A stretch of DNA of 64,000 nucleotides from the IMG/VR virus record IMGVR_UViG_3300046171_000252, positions 124,001 through 188,000 of that record; one strand, 5' to 3'. The position numbers were made by a program, and so were the translations under genes. Shown here in pieces: positions 28,713-37,739 of the stretch (position 1 is the first letter of the stretch; each line of letters starts with the position of its first letter). Under the pieces are notes generated by a model. The model was not told where the DNA came from, searched no databases, and saw only the letters and a list, made by a program, of their open reading frames with translations.

Positions 28713-29384
28713 ATGAAAAAGATTATTATGGCCTTGATGGCAGCATGTCTTGCTGTCCCTGCTGCAATTGCAGATCCTCTTAAAGATGAAGATTACTTCA
28801 CCATGCATTCTATGGGATGTATGATTCTTCAAGAGTGTACTGATGATGTAGATGAAGTGTCCTCTCTTCTGGATGTTTCTTCTCAGTATAATAACACTGA
28901 AGCATTTACTCCAGTAGCAAATGAGTTTAACAATATGCTTATGTCATTGAACCAAGTGGGAGTGAATGTATATCTTGCGGATGAGAAGTATTTTCCAGTA
29001 GGGCATCGTGGTGTCTATCATACTGTTTCTAATAACTTCTTTTTAAATAGAAGGTTCATGAATCGTCCTGGTACACTGATGTCCGTGATGCGTCATGAAG
29101 GATGGCACGCTGCACAAGATTGTATGGCAGGGACTATTGATAATAGTTTGATTGCTATCATCAAACCTGAAGATCAAGTTCCACCACTATGGAAAGAGAT
29201 TGTGGAACGTACATATCCACCTTCAGCACAACCCTGGGAAGCAGAAGCAACCTGGGCAGGTAAGACTGAGGGTATGACTATGGCAGCACTGAGTGCATGT
29301 GCAACTGGTGAGATGTGGAATGTATATCCTCCTACACCACTGACTAGAGAGTATCTAGTCAAAGAAGGTTATATTTCTAAATAA
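28713..29384 (+). CDS. secreted HExxH zinc metallopeptidase-like protein
   Basis: signal peptide; MRHEGWHAAQDC; distal EAEA. Confidence 0.7.
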   Translation: MKKIIMALMAACLAVPAAIADPLKDEDYFTMHSMGCMILQECTDDVDEVSSLLDVSSQYNNTEAFTPVANEFNNMLMSLNQVGVNVYLADEKYFPVGHRGVYHTVSNNFFLNRRFMNRPGTLMSVMRHEGWHAAQDCMAGTIDNSLIAIIKPEDQVPPLWKEIVERTYPPSAQPWEAEATWAGKTEGMTMAALSACATGEMWNVYPPTPLTREYLVKEGYISK

Positions 29385-29405
29385 AGGTGCGTTGCTCCAT
29401 ACGGA

Positions 29406-29849
29406 ATGCCGGAAGAAGTTAAGAAGGAAGATACCAAGAAAAAAGGTATTCTTGGAAAGATGAAGGAGGCAGCAAGTGACAAAGAAGAGCAGCTTGATAT
29501 TCTTTCTACTTTTGTTAGGCTTGGCATCCTTGTTTGGAGCGGCGGAATACTCACGCTGGCGTACATCCAGTTACCACCTGTACTCGGTATTCCCGAGCAA
29601 AAACTAGATCCAACTTTTATCGCGAGTGTCTTTACTGGGGTGCTCGCGACTTTTGGTGTTCAGGCAGCAAAGAAAGGTGGCAATGGAAATGGTAATGGAT
29701 CTTCCACTGGTGGTATCAGTAAAGCAGATATGGAAAGATTGATTGCTGCTGCAGCACAAACTGCACCTGCTCAAACCATTCGTGTAGAGCAAGCACCAAT
29801 CAAGTTCATCACTAAGGATGATGAACCACCCGTAAAACCTACCGTATAA
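29406..29849 (+). CDS. two-TM membrane protein
   Basis: two hydrophobic helices; TAAATA near 29378. Confidence 0.75.
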   Translation: MPEEVKKEDTKKKGILGKMKEAASDKEEQLDILSTFVRLGILVWSGGILTLAYIQLPPVLGIPEQKLDPTFIASVFTGVLATFGVQAAKKGGNGNGNGSSTGGISKADMERLIAAAAQTAPAQTIRVEQAPIKFITKDDEPPVKPTV

Positions 29850-29853
29850 TCTT

Positions 29854-30422
29854 ATGACCTTCTTTAAATGGACTGCATTAGGAGTTGGTGGTGTTGTTGC
29901 CGTAGCACACATCGGTGTTTTGGGACACATCATTACATCAACCAAAGTGCCAGAAGCACCAGTTATTAATTTTCCTAGGGGAGATTATTCCTCATATAAA
30001 ATTGAGGCAGATAAAGAAGGTTATAGTGTAGAGTATAAAGCAAACGACCCTGCTGTTCTTGAGTCCCAAAAATCTTATCTTTAGATAAAAATAAGAGCGG
30101 ATTCTTCGGCGGAAAAACTAATGAAGTTAGAAGAGAGTGGCGTAAAGATCAATTTACTATGGATGGCACTAGAAATATAGGAGGTGCCGTTGGAGACGGC
30201 GAGGGAAAGTCTGCAAAAGAAATAGAGTGTATCGTGGCGGACGCTGGAGCACGGTCACAAGGTGCGATGGCAGGAAGTAGTATTGCTGCTGGAGTCGGTG
30301 TTCCTGCTGTGATTGGAATCCCATATGTTGGATGGTTAGCAGCTGGTTGGGTAGCACTTTTGGGTGGTAGAGTAGGTTCTAATATTGGTTCTACTGTTGG
30401 TTCTGTGTTTAACGATTGTTAG
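29854..30422 (+). CDS. membrane protein with C-terminal glycine zipper (one frameshift near 30073, probable sequencing indel)
   Basis: ORFs 29854..30084 and 30159..30422 join after a 1-nt correction. Confidence 0.65.
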
Positions 30423-30505
30423 TATTTTAAGGTCATGAAGTCATAACAAAAGGGGTAAAAATAAACGCTAATTGAATAGATAAGATATACTACGAAGTAT
30501 ATAAA

Positions 30506-30637
30506 ATGATCCCTCAATTTGCACACTGGATCGGACAAAACCCTTTGTTAATTGAGTGTGGGAGCGTATTAATGCTTGCTCCCATAGCATACTACTGTAA
30601 TGATTCTCTCAAGAATCCTCAAAAATATAAAGAATAA
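30506..30637 (+). CDS. 43-aa peptide
   Basis: MIPQFAHWIGQNPLL..; downstream of the repeated 21-bp motif. Confidence 0.45.
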   Translation: MIPQFAHWIGQNPLLIECGSVLMLAPIAYYCNDSLKNPQKYKE

Positions 30638-30741
30638 TAATATAGAATTATGAGCGCAATATTCGTGTTTTCCTTTGTTTCATTGCTGTGTTTTGCAATG
30701 CATATTACTTGGCCCCTACCACATAGGAGTGGGTTTAAAAA

Positions 30742-30939
30742 ATGAATTTACTACTAAGTCCTCATGTCAACCCAAATGATCCTGTGTGGTCGGTGATTCT
30801 ATGCGTAATCATTGGTGTCGGATTGACACTGGGTTATGTTATATACATATTAAAGATATCATACATGGAGTTAGAAGATGGGCGCTATGGTTCCACCCAG
30901 CAGAAAAAGCTGCTACAACTTCCGAGTGACGGAGATTAA
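30742..30939 (+). CDS. small membrane protein
   Basis: single TM. Confidence 0.55.
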   Translation: MNLLLSPHVNPNDPVWSVILCVIIGVGLTLGYVIYILKISYMELEDGRYGSTQQKKLLQLPSDGD

Positions 30940-31339
30940 TCGTGTTCTTGACGGGGATACTATTGATGTCACCATTGATCTTGGGTTTGATCTATACAAG
31001 AAAGAAAGAGTTAGAGTTGCAGGAGTTGATACGCCGGAGAAGAGAACTAGAAACTTAGAGGAGAAGGCACTTGGAATCGACGCAACCAACTGGCTCGAAG
31101 CGAAACTGGAAAGTACTTTGGCTGGTGATGATGAGTTGTCTGTTAGGACTGAACTTGTTGGTGGCACTGGGAAATACGGGCGTCTTCTGGGTTGGCTTTA
31201 CATTGGGGACGCAGATGTGTCCCTCAACGAACAAATGATTGAGCAAGGTTATGCTCATCCATATGATGGAGGAACAAAGGACATGAACTTAGAAGCACTT
31301 AGAGAAATTAGGAGGGCACATGGTACGCTTGTTGACTAA
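30878..31339 (+). CDS. staphylococcal nuclease (thermonuclease)-like protein
   Basis: VLDGDTI, RVRVAGVDTPE, GKYGRLLG, LNEQMIEQGYA. Confidence 0.9.
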   Translation: MGAMVPPSRKSCYNFRVTEINRVLDGDTIDVTIDLGFDLYKKERVRVAGVDTPEKRTRNLEEKALGIDATNWLEAKLESTLAGDDELSVRTELVGGTGKYGRLLGWLYIGDADVSLNEQMIEQGYAHPYDGGTKDMNLEALREIRRAHGTLVD

Positions 31340-31456
31340 AATTAAAGATTGGGATAAGGCAATGGCAAATAAAATTCAGGACAAGTTTAACTTGACTGAT
31401 TATCAGATGCTTTGTCTTGCATTTGGAAAAGGATTTATTATTGGAGCAATTCTATT

Positions 31457-31660
31457 ATGAGAAGAGAAATGTTAGATGCTCTCAAGGCACTTGCTATTGG
31501 GAACATTAAAAAAGCAAAGATGAATATTGAAATTTATCTTGTCAATCCAGTTGGCATTGGTGAGCACCCAGATGTGCTTGGTGCAATCCAGGATCAAATT
31601 GATGCGATTGCAAAGGAAGAAGAACGTCTGGAAGTTATTAAAAAGTATTTGGAAGATTAA
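31457..31660 (+). CDS. conserved phage hypothetical protein
   Basis: NPVGIGEHPD. Confidence 0.7.
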   Translation: MRREMLDALKALAIGNIKKAKMNIEIYLVNPVGIGEHPDVLGAIQDQIDAIAKEEERLEVIKKYLED

Positions 31661-31897
31661 CTAGTGGACACATCTGACCTGGATGATTATTCCCTTGGAG
31701 ATGGTGAATGGTACACAGAAATGACACTTGGCATAGATGAGGTTCGTGCATTATATGAACATTTTTCTTTTGCTTTAGAAACTTGGCCGGGGTCTCCTAG
31801 AAGACCCACACATGAACAAGAACTGCTTATGGTAATGAAAATGAGATTTTTTGCAATGCTACAGGATTATAATTTTTATAATAACTAAGAACTTATA

Positions 31898-32698
31898 ATG
31901 ATTCCAGAAATCCAGTTAGGTAATATTGATATTGGAGTTAATCAAGTTAGTAATTTGATTATTAATGATACACCTGACTGGTTAAAAACTCCGCCTGCAG
32001 CAATGCCAATATACCCACCCGTGACTACACAGGTGGGTGTTCCTATTGTTAATATACCTGGATGTGTTGAGTCTCACAGAGATAGTAGTGAGAATCAAAC
32101 ACTCAAAGAAGAAGATAGAGATGGCGTCCAAGTATTCTGTGATGCAGGAACACCTAGCTATAGTCCAATAGATTATGATCCACGCAGACTAGAGATAACA
32201 ACAACATCTCCGCCACCCCCACCATACAAAGCACCTGATACAAAACCACCAGAGACACCCAAATCTCCTACACCACCACCTCCACCTGCGAAGGCAGAGT
32301 GTCCGAGTAGAGCACAAGAATTAAAAAACCCTGTAGGAAAGATCCTAGAGGGTAATAAAAAGATTACTAGGTATGAGACAGTCGGAAAAGAATGTCTTCC
32401 TGTATTTGAAAATTTAAATATACCGGATCAGATTGTCCAGAACATACCATCAGCAGGTGCAGTAACTGTTACCGCATCTATCGCTGTGGTGGCAACGACC
32501 TCGGCACTGCTTGCAAAACCTCTTGCTGATCTTTTGTTAAAAGTGGTGAAACCTGTGACGAAGAAAGTGGTGAAGAAGATTGCTGCCTTACGGGGTAAGA
32601 AACCCCCGGTACTGTCTGAGTCTGAGAGGAAGGCGGAGCAACGTGATCGGAACCGTGCGATAAAGGTCCTACGTTCGGCACTGAAACCGAAGGGATAG
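31898..32698 (+). CDS. Pro-rich membrane-associated protein
   Basis: PGCV, poly-Pro linker, C-terminal TM and basic tail. Confidence 0.75.
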   Translation: MIPEIQLGNIDIGVNQVSNLIINDTPDWLKTPPAAMPIYPPVTTQVGVPIVNIPGCVESHRDSSENQTLKEEDRDGVQVFCDAGTPSYSPIDYDPRRLEITTTSPPPPPYKAPDTKPPETPKSPTPPPPPAKAECPSRAQELKNPVGKILEGNKKITRYETVGKECLPVFENLNIPDQIVQNIPSAGAVTVTASIAVVATTSALLAKPLADLLLKVVKPVTKKVVKKIAALRGKKPPVLSESERKAEQRDRNRAIKVLRSALKPKG

Positions 32699-33758
32699 TA
32701 TGACGATGTTGCTTGACGGTATTAACATTTTGTACTACGACATCGGCACATATTTTAAAATAAGGACTTCTGGGATGGAAACTGATTCCTCTCTGCATTA
32801 ATTCTCCACAATTCTTAAGTCTCGCAATCTCAAAATCTAATCTCTTATTGGCAACCAATTGTTGTTGCATTTGGATCTGAGTATCTGCTGCTTGTTTACA
32901 ACGTTCTTGTAGTCCACCATCAAGTGGGAAAGAAAGTGTTGCAGATAAACCAAGACTGGTACTGTAATTTCTACTATCACCAGTTCTCACTGGTTTTTGC
33001 CAGAGTTCACGGCCTGGATTATCGGGGACACCATCACCCTGCATTTCCATAACAATGATAGTCATGTCTGCACCATCTTCATAGGCACGAACAGTTTCTC
33101 CAGCAGTATTCGTATATGTTCTATTATCATAGTGTGGTTCCCACGGCCAATTCTTTACTACCTTTTGAGTCTCTACTAACTGACCATTAAAATCTCTATT
33201 GTCATATTGAGGTTCCATGTAGTGTGTTTCAAATGGATCCTTTTCATTACGAGCATGAGTAATGAATGGTGTGATGTTAGCAGTCGGACCTTGACAAGCA
33301 ATACCCCCACCATATTGGTTAGTGATATATGGTCCTTGTAAGACCTGAATAGCTTGGTTCGTAACTGAGCCTGAACTATTAGCTATTGGGTTTGCTGTCG
33401 CACTTACACCCCCGACATCTGCCGCCAGTGTGGCAGGGACAGTCGCAAGTTGAGTTAGACATAGTACTATTGGGTAAAGATACTTGTTGTGTCGGTTACG
33501 CTGGTAACTTCTGTTGTTCTTTGAATCACAGTTTGATTTGTCACTCCTGGTCCCATGTAGGTCTGAGTGAACTGAAATGCTGCTCCTGGTTCTGCGATTG
33601 TGAAATTCTGTCCATTTAAATCGAGACCAGAGTTGGCACTTGTTACTTGCCCCTCTGTTCCTCCTAATGGATTCACTATCACTGAATTTGTTGTTGGGTT
33701 CGGACTCAGGGATTGTCCCCCGTTGGTCACGTTTGTTCCCGATACTGAATATTGCCAT
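32478..33758 (-). CDS. secreted protein, true start unclear (signal-like segment begins near 33491)
   Basis: KYLYPIVLCL..ATLA|ADVGGVSATANP..; no in-frame ATG at the signal peptide. Confidence 0.7.
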   Translation of the reverse strand: MAIFSIGNKRDQRGTIPESEPNNKFSDSESIRRNRGASNKCQLWSRFKWTEFHNRRTRSSISVHSDLHGTRSDKSNCDSKNNRSYQRNRHNKYLYPIVLCLTQLATVPATLAADVGGVSATANPIANSSGSVTNQAIQVLQGPYITNQYGGGIACQGPTANITPFITHARNEKDPFETHYMEPQYDNRDFNGQLVETQKVVKNWPWEPHYDNRTYTNTAGETVRAYEDGADMTIIVMEMQGDGVPDNPGRELWQKPVRTGDSRNYSTSLGLSATLSFPLDGGLQERCKQAADTQIQMQQQLVANKRLDFEIARLKNCGELMQRGISFHPRSPYFKICADVVVQNVNTVKQHRHTIPSVSVPNVGPLSHGSDHVAPPSSQTQTVPGVSYPVRQQSSSPLSSSQVSPLLTKDQQEVLQAVPRSLPPQR

Positions 33759-33937
33759 CCTGTTGCATAATCTATAGAGTTAATCGTCTCAGTCACTTTA
33801 CTTGTCGTTTCCGTGTGACTCGTCATACTTCCCTGTGTGAAATTTGGGACCACGGGGACCGCCAGGGCAGCGGCAGGAATAAGACTTACTCCCACCGCAG
33901 ACATCACAATATATATGATTGTCTTTCCAGAAGTCAT
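33467..33937 (-). CDS. secreted Thr/Ser-rich beta protein
   Basis: signal peptide ..AALA|VPVVPNF; GGAGG RBS. Confidence 0.75.
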   Translation of the reverse strand: MTSGKTIIYIVMSAVGVSLIPAAALAVPVVPNFTQGSMTSHTETTSKVTETINSIDYATGWQYSVSGTNVTNGGQSLSPNPTTNSVIVNPLGGTEGQVTSANSGLDLNGQNFTIAEPGAAFQFTQTYMGPGVTNQTVIQRTTEVTSVTDTTSIFTQ

Positions 33938-33957
33938 GTTTTCTGACCTCCATTTAT

Positions 33958-34452
33958 TTAGTGTAGAATTGAGAGCTCACTTACGAATTGGCCAGTAGCA
34001 TTCGTACCAGCTCCACCAGCTGTCAAAGTAATTGCACCAGCAGTAGAGAGAGTACCTGCAAGAGAACCAGCAGCTCCTGCAGTTGTAGATGTAACATTAC
34101 CAAAGTTTGCTACATCACCAACAGTGACTGCACTAGTTGGAATCGCATCAGCCTGTGTGTAAGACTGAGAGAAACTAAAAGCACTACCAGGATTATCTTG
34201 AGTGGCAGCAATTGTACCAGGAGCATAAACTCCACTACTAATTGCACCAGTAGAAATTGTATTAACTGTTGTTCCGTCAGTAGTATCTACACCGCTGCCT
34301 GAAATTGAAAATGTACTGCCAAGTCTTGTGACATTAGAAGCAGCAGCATCAACGGTTAACTGAACACTAGAAGATATTTTATGAGTAAGAGCACCTGCAT
34401 TTGCTGCTGGTGCGGTCATCAATAACATTATGAAAGGTAGAAACCGTTTCAT
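33958..34452 (-). CDS. secreted Ser/Thr/Gly/Ala-rich beta protein
   Basis: MKRFLPFIMLLMTAPAANA signal; minus-strand TAAATA at 34485-34490. Confidence 0.8.
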   Translation of the reverse strand: MKRFLPFIMLLMTAPAANAGALTHKISSSVQLTVDAAASNVTRLGSTFSISGSGVDTTDGTTVNTISTGAISSGVYAPGTIAATQDNPGSAFSFSQSYTQADAIPTSAVTVGDVANFGNVTSTTAGAAGSLAGTLSTAGAITLTAGGAGTNATGQFVSELSILH

Positions 34453-34540
34453 ACTTTTTACCAAAAATGGTGTATAGGTATTTTTATTTAGCTTGACCTT
34501 TTTTTAATTTGGTGTTATAGTACCTAAAGATACAACAAAT

Positions 34541-34614
<74 letters not shown>

Positions 34615-34633
34615 TTGTCCTTTTCTATTTCTT

Positions 34634-34837
34634 ATGGGCAAATATGATTTTGGTGGGCAACCACCAATAGCAGTCAACATCCTCAGACTCATTAGTGAGT
34701 TAGAAGGTTCTTCCCAAATGCTTAAATATATGGGATTTGAAGAAGATATGAATGCGATCAATGAAATGAAGAAGAGATACTATAAACTCTACTTCAAGAC
34801 CAATAAGGAAGAAAAGGCAAAAAACAATCCTCTGTAG
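34634..34837 (+). CDS. hypothetical protein; stop codon lies inside tRNA-Asn
   Basis: ORF track. Confidence 0.6.
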   Translation: MGKYDFGGQPPIAVNILRLISELEGSSQMLKYMGFEEDMNAINEMKKRYYKLYFKTNKEEKAKNNPL

Positions 34838-34899
34838 CTCAGCGGTAGAGCCGACGACTGTTAATCGTCTGGTCGCAGGTTCGAATCCTGCCGGGGGAG
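34828..34899 (+). tRNA. tRNA-Asn(GTT)
   Basis: TCCTCTG/CGGGGGA, GACGA-CTGTTAA-TCGTC, GTTCGAA. Confidence 0.93.
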
Positions 34900-34979
34900 T
34901 TGACAGGATATTCATCTTGTCGTATACTATGCTTGTCCGTGTGAAGGAAGTGTTTGAGGGATTTTTCTCTCACCACTCT

Positions 34980-35050
34980 GCGGGTTTAGTTTAGAGGTAA
35001 AACTAAAGGTTTCCAACCTTTCGTCAGGAGTTCGATTCTCCTAACCCGCT
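34980..35050 (+). tRNA. tRNA-Gly(TCC)
   Basis: GCGGGTT/AACCCGC, AAAGG-TTTCCAA-CCTTT. Confidence 0.92.
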
Positions 35051-35198
35051 TTCGGATTCCCGTAATCCGAGCATAGTATAAATACTTAACCATTTGTCTT
35101 TCAGTAATTAAAGTAACAAATGGTGATATTAACACGGGACAGTCGAGTCCCTATTCATCTGCGGGTATCCATTCCGCAAGTAACTAAAGGTAAAACAA

Positions 35199-35568
35199 AT
35201 GTTTAAAACGACTATCGCTGCAGCTGCCGCTGCAATTGCTCTTGCTCCAGCTGCTGCCCTAGCCGGTCCCTACGTCAACGTAGAGACAAATGCAGGTTGG
35301 GTTGGCGACGATTATACTGCTGCCACGACAGATCTTCACGTAGGATTTGAAGGCGAAGTAGGTGCTGCTTCTTACTACGTCCAGGCTGGTCCTGCAATCG
35401 TCGCTGTTGACGGTGAAGAGACTGACACCCAGTTCTCTGGTAAAGGCAGGAGTTGGCGTCCCCGTTTCCGATGCTATCGGAGTATACGGTGAGCTCTCCT
35501 TCTTGACCGCAGAAGACGATGATGATTTCGGTGTTGGTGGTAAGTTGGGCGTCAAGTACAACTTCTGA
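35199..35568 (+). CDS. small outer-membrane beta-barrel protein (frameshift near 35443, probable sequencing indel)
   Basis: signal peptide, alternating beta strands, C-terminal KLGVKYNF. Confidence 0.75.
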
Positions 35569-35606
35569 TCTTCAATATAGACACATAAACATCTAGATGT
35601 TATACT

Positions 35607-35634
35607 GGGGGTGCGACGGCATCCCCTTTTTTTT
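35607..35634 (+). terminator. intrinsic terminator
   Basis: GGGGGTGC-GACG-GCATCCCC followed by a T-run. Confidence 0.8.
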
Positions 35635-35839
35635 ATGAAAAAATATTTATAACTTTCATAACGAATCCAGGAACGCTGACCTCCCTTCTGTTACTGGGAA
35701 TGATAGCACTGATAGGGACACTGCATAACCATGCTCACTATGCAATGACTATGGATGCAGATTCTTACGTTAGACAATGGTGTAGAGCATCAGCAGAAAA
35801 CAAAAAGACCTGCATTCGTTATGGTGGAGACATGGACTA

Positions 35840-35868
35840 TTGACAAAACTTTATCTTTCCTATATAAT
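35840..35868 (+). promoter_or_regulatory. sigma70-type promoter of the hli cluster
   Basis: TTGACA-17-TATAAT. Confidence 0.8.
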
Positions 35869-35895
35869 ATGTAAAGAAACATTACGGAGTGTATC

Positions 35896-36114
35896 GTGAC
35901 TGTAACAACCAATGATCGTGGACAACAGAATCTGTTTGCCAAAGAACCCCAGATGTACGTCTCTCAGACTGATGCAGAGCGTTACGGTTATGAGTCATAT
36001 GCAGAACGTGCAGAGAAATTGAATGGACGCACTGCTATGCTTGGATTTGTTGCTGCTGTCATCTCTTATGCTACTTCCGGTAGTGTATTTTTCTTTGGTG
36101 TCTTCGGATTCTGA
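35896..36114 (+). CDS. hli: high-light inducible protein
   Basis: AEKLNGRTAMLGF chlorophyll-binding motif. Confidence 0.9.
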   Translation: MTVTTNDRGQQNLFAKEPQMYVSQTDAERYGYESYAERAEKLNGRTAMLGFVAAVISYATSGSVFFFGVFGF

Positions 36115-36199
36115 TGACTGAAGTTATTTTCACCGTCACGACAGTTGCTTTTTTCTGTCTTCTCGGTTATACTGTGGAACAACTTTCAGAAACCTACTG

Positions 36200-36427
36200 A
36201 TGGAAAACTCTCTACTTGAAATTCTGACTTATTATGTAATTGGAGGAGCACTGCTTGTCGGTGCGCCAGCAGTATTCTTTTTCGTAGTCTTCATGTCAGC
36301 TCTTCAAAATACGAAGGGTCGCATGGTAGGATACAAAGACCACAAACAGTATGGTGACATTTCATCTTATGAGAATGCACCAGTAGACCAAAGCAAATTT
36401 TATTTTACACTAGGAGAAAACACATGA
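36200..36427 (+). CDS. small membrane protein
   Basis: N-terminal TM. Confidence 0.65.
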   Translation: MENSLLEILTYYVIGGALLVGAPAVFFFVVFMSALQNTKGRMVGYKDHKQYGDISSYENAPVDQSKFYFTLGENT

Positions 36428-36531
36428 ACGAAAACGCAGAACGCATCAATGGTTGGGCAGCAATGATCGGAGTCATTGCCGCAATGGGTAGTTATGCAAC
36501 AACAGGACAAATCATTCCAGGTATTTGGTGA
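36424..36531 (+). CDS. hli: high-light inducible protein (35 aa)
   Basis: MNENAERINGWAAMIG...TGQIIPGIW. Confidence 0.92.
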   Translation: MNENAERINGWAAMIGVIAAMGSYATTGQIIPGIW

Positions 36532-36595
36532 TGGGATTTGTAGTAGCAGCACTGCTGTTTCTTATTCCAATTGGTGCAGCAGTTAGGAAATCATC

Positions 36596-36739
36596 ATGAG
36601 TATAGAATGGGCACAGGCAATTATTTTTTTCTTGGCACCCCTATTCTTTATGCTCCTCTTCATAGAAACTAATGAAGATGATGATGGACCACCAGATGGT
36701 GGAATGATGACGCCAGTATATGCACCAAACCCTGTGTAG
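36596..36739 (+). CDS. small membrane protein with DDDGPPDGGMMTPVY tail
   Basis: translated by eye. Confidence 0.55.
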   Translation: MSIEWAQAIIFFLAPLFFMLLFIETNEDDDGPPDGGMMTPVYAPNPV

Positions 36740-36972
36740 TAACCAACACATTTAATTGACAGATAATAATCTTACTGCTTAAATAAAGGCAGTAGGATTA
36801 TTTTTATGCCTCGCAATTCAATAACAAAAGAACAATTAAAATGTGATGTTCTTAAATTAAAAAATCAATTGAAAGATGAGTTTTGTTCTGAATCTAAAAA
36901 AGAAATTGCAGACATGTATTTAAATTTAGTTCTTGACAAAATTAATGAGTATAGATTATAATATTGTCATGG

Positions 36973-37044
36973 GGGCGATTAGCGCAGCGGTAGCGCAGTT
37001 GCTTTACACGCAATTGGTCGGCGGTTCGAATCCGTCATCGCCCA
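36973..37044 (+). tRNA. tRNA-Val(TAC)
   Basis: GGGCGAT/ATCGCCC, GTTGC-TTTACAC-GCAAT, GTTCGAA. Confidence 0.93.
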
Positions 37045-37090
37045 TATAAATAAATGAAATACTGAAGAAGTAAGATTTCATTATAAACCA

Positions 37091-37339
37091 ATGATTAAAA
37101 TTAGGTGTCTCTCCTGCAACACGGAGTTAGTAAGCACTAGTAAAGTGCAATTTTGTGGATGTTCAAATCAAATGAGTATTGTAGATAATAAAATTGGTGC
37201 CAAAGATTTGGATAAAGTTGTAATGGTATCTAATAATATAGAAAGAAAAATTGATAGTCATTTTTCTAGAGATGAACTTTGCTATCAAGAAGAAAGGCGC
37301 AAACGTAAAATTCGTAAATTAGATTTTGAAATAAGATAA
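37091..37339 (+). CDS. zinc-ribbon protein
   Basis: CLSC..CGC. Confidence 0.65.
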   Translation: MIKIRCLSCNTELVSTSKVQFCGCSNQMSIVDNKIGAKDLDKVVMVSNNIERKIDSHFSRDELCYQEERRKRKIRKLDFEIR

Positions 37340-37600
37340 ATAATAATACTTAAATCCACAACTTACCGTGTAGCTTTTGGTGAGGAGGTTTAAGAGAAGC
37401 ATTTTAAAATCAAAATGACAGATAGATCTATTGGGTCTGAACTAAATGAGGTTCGCAAAAAACTCAATGATATAGAAAAGAAACAAGAGTTTCTTGAGAA
37501 AGTTATTCAATTAGAAAGAGAGAGGCAACAACGAAGAGGTGAAATACCTTCATAAAATATAGTCGTTGCCGAAAAGTAAATAACATGCTATACTCAACAA

Positions 37601-37690
37601 GTTGAGAAATCAACTGCGGTAATCCCCTTGGCAGTTTAGGATTAGCGGCGATAGGAACTGCCGAGTGCCAGAATTAAAACTGGCACTCTT
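37601..37690 (+). ncRNA. candidate pseudoknotted small RNA
   Basis: TTGCCG-17-TATACT promoter (37566-37594, extended -10); GAAA hairpin; P1 TAATCC/GGATTA crossing P2 GGCAGTT/AACTGCC; terminal hairpin GAGTGCCAG/CTGGCACTC. Confidence 0.6.
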
Positions 37691-37739
37691 GACTACATAA
37701 TTACTATACCGTATAATACACAGGTAAACAAACAGGACA

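Noticed and set aside
35588-35601. Perfect palindrome AACATCTAGATGTT
   Set aside because: Single AT-rich copy in a 3' UTR; no second instance noticed.
37601-37690. Identification of the pseudoknotted RNA as tRNA, tmRNA, SRP RNA or a known self-cleaving ribozyme
   Set aside because: No T-loop, acceptor stem or tag ORF, and no catalytic-core consensus I can match confidently; left as unassigned ncRNA.
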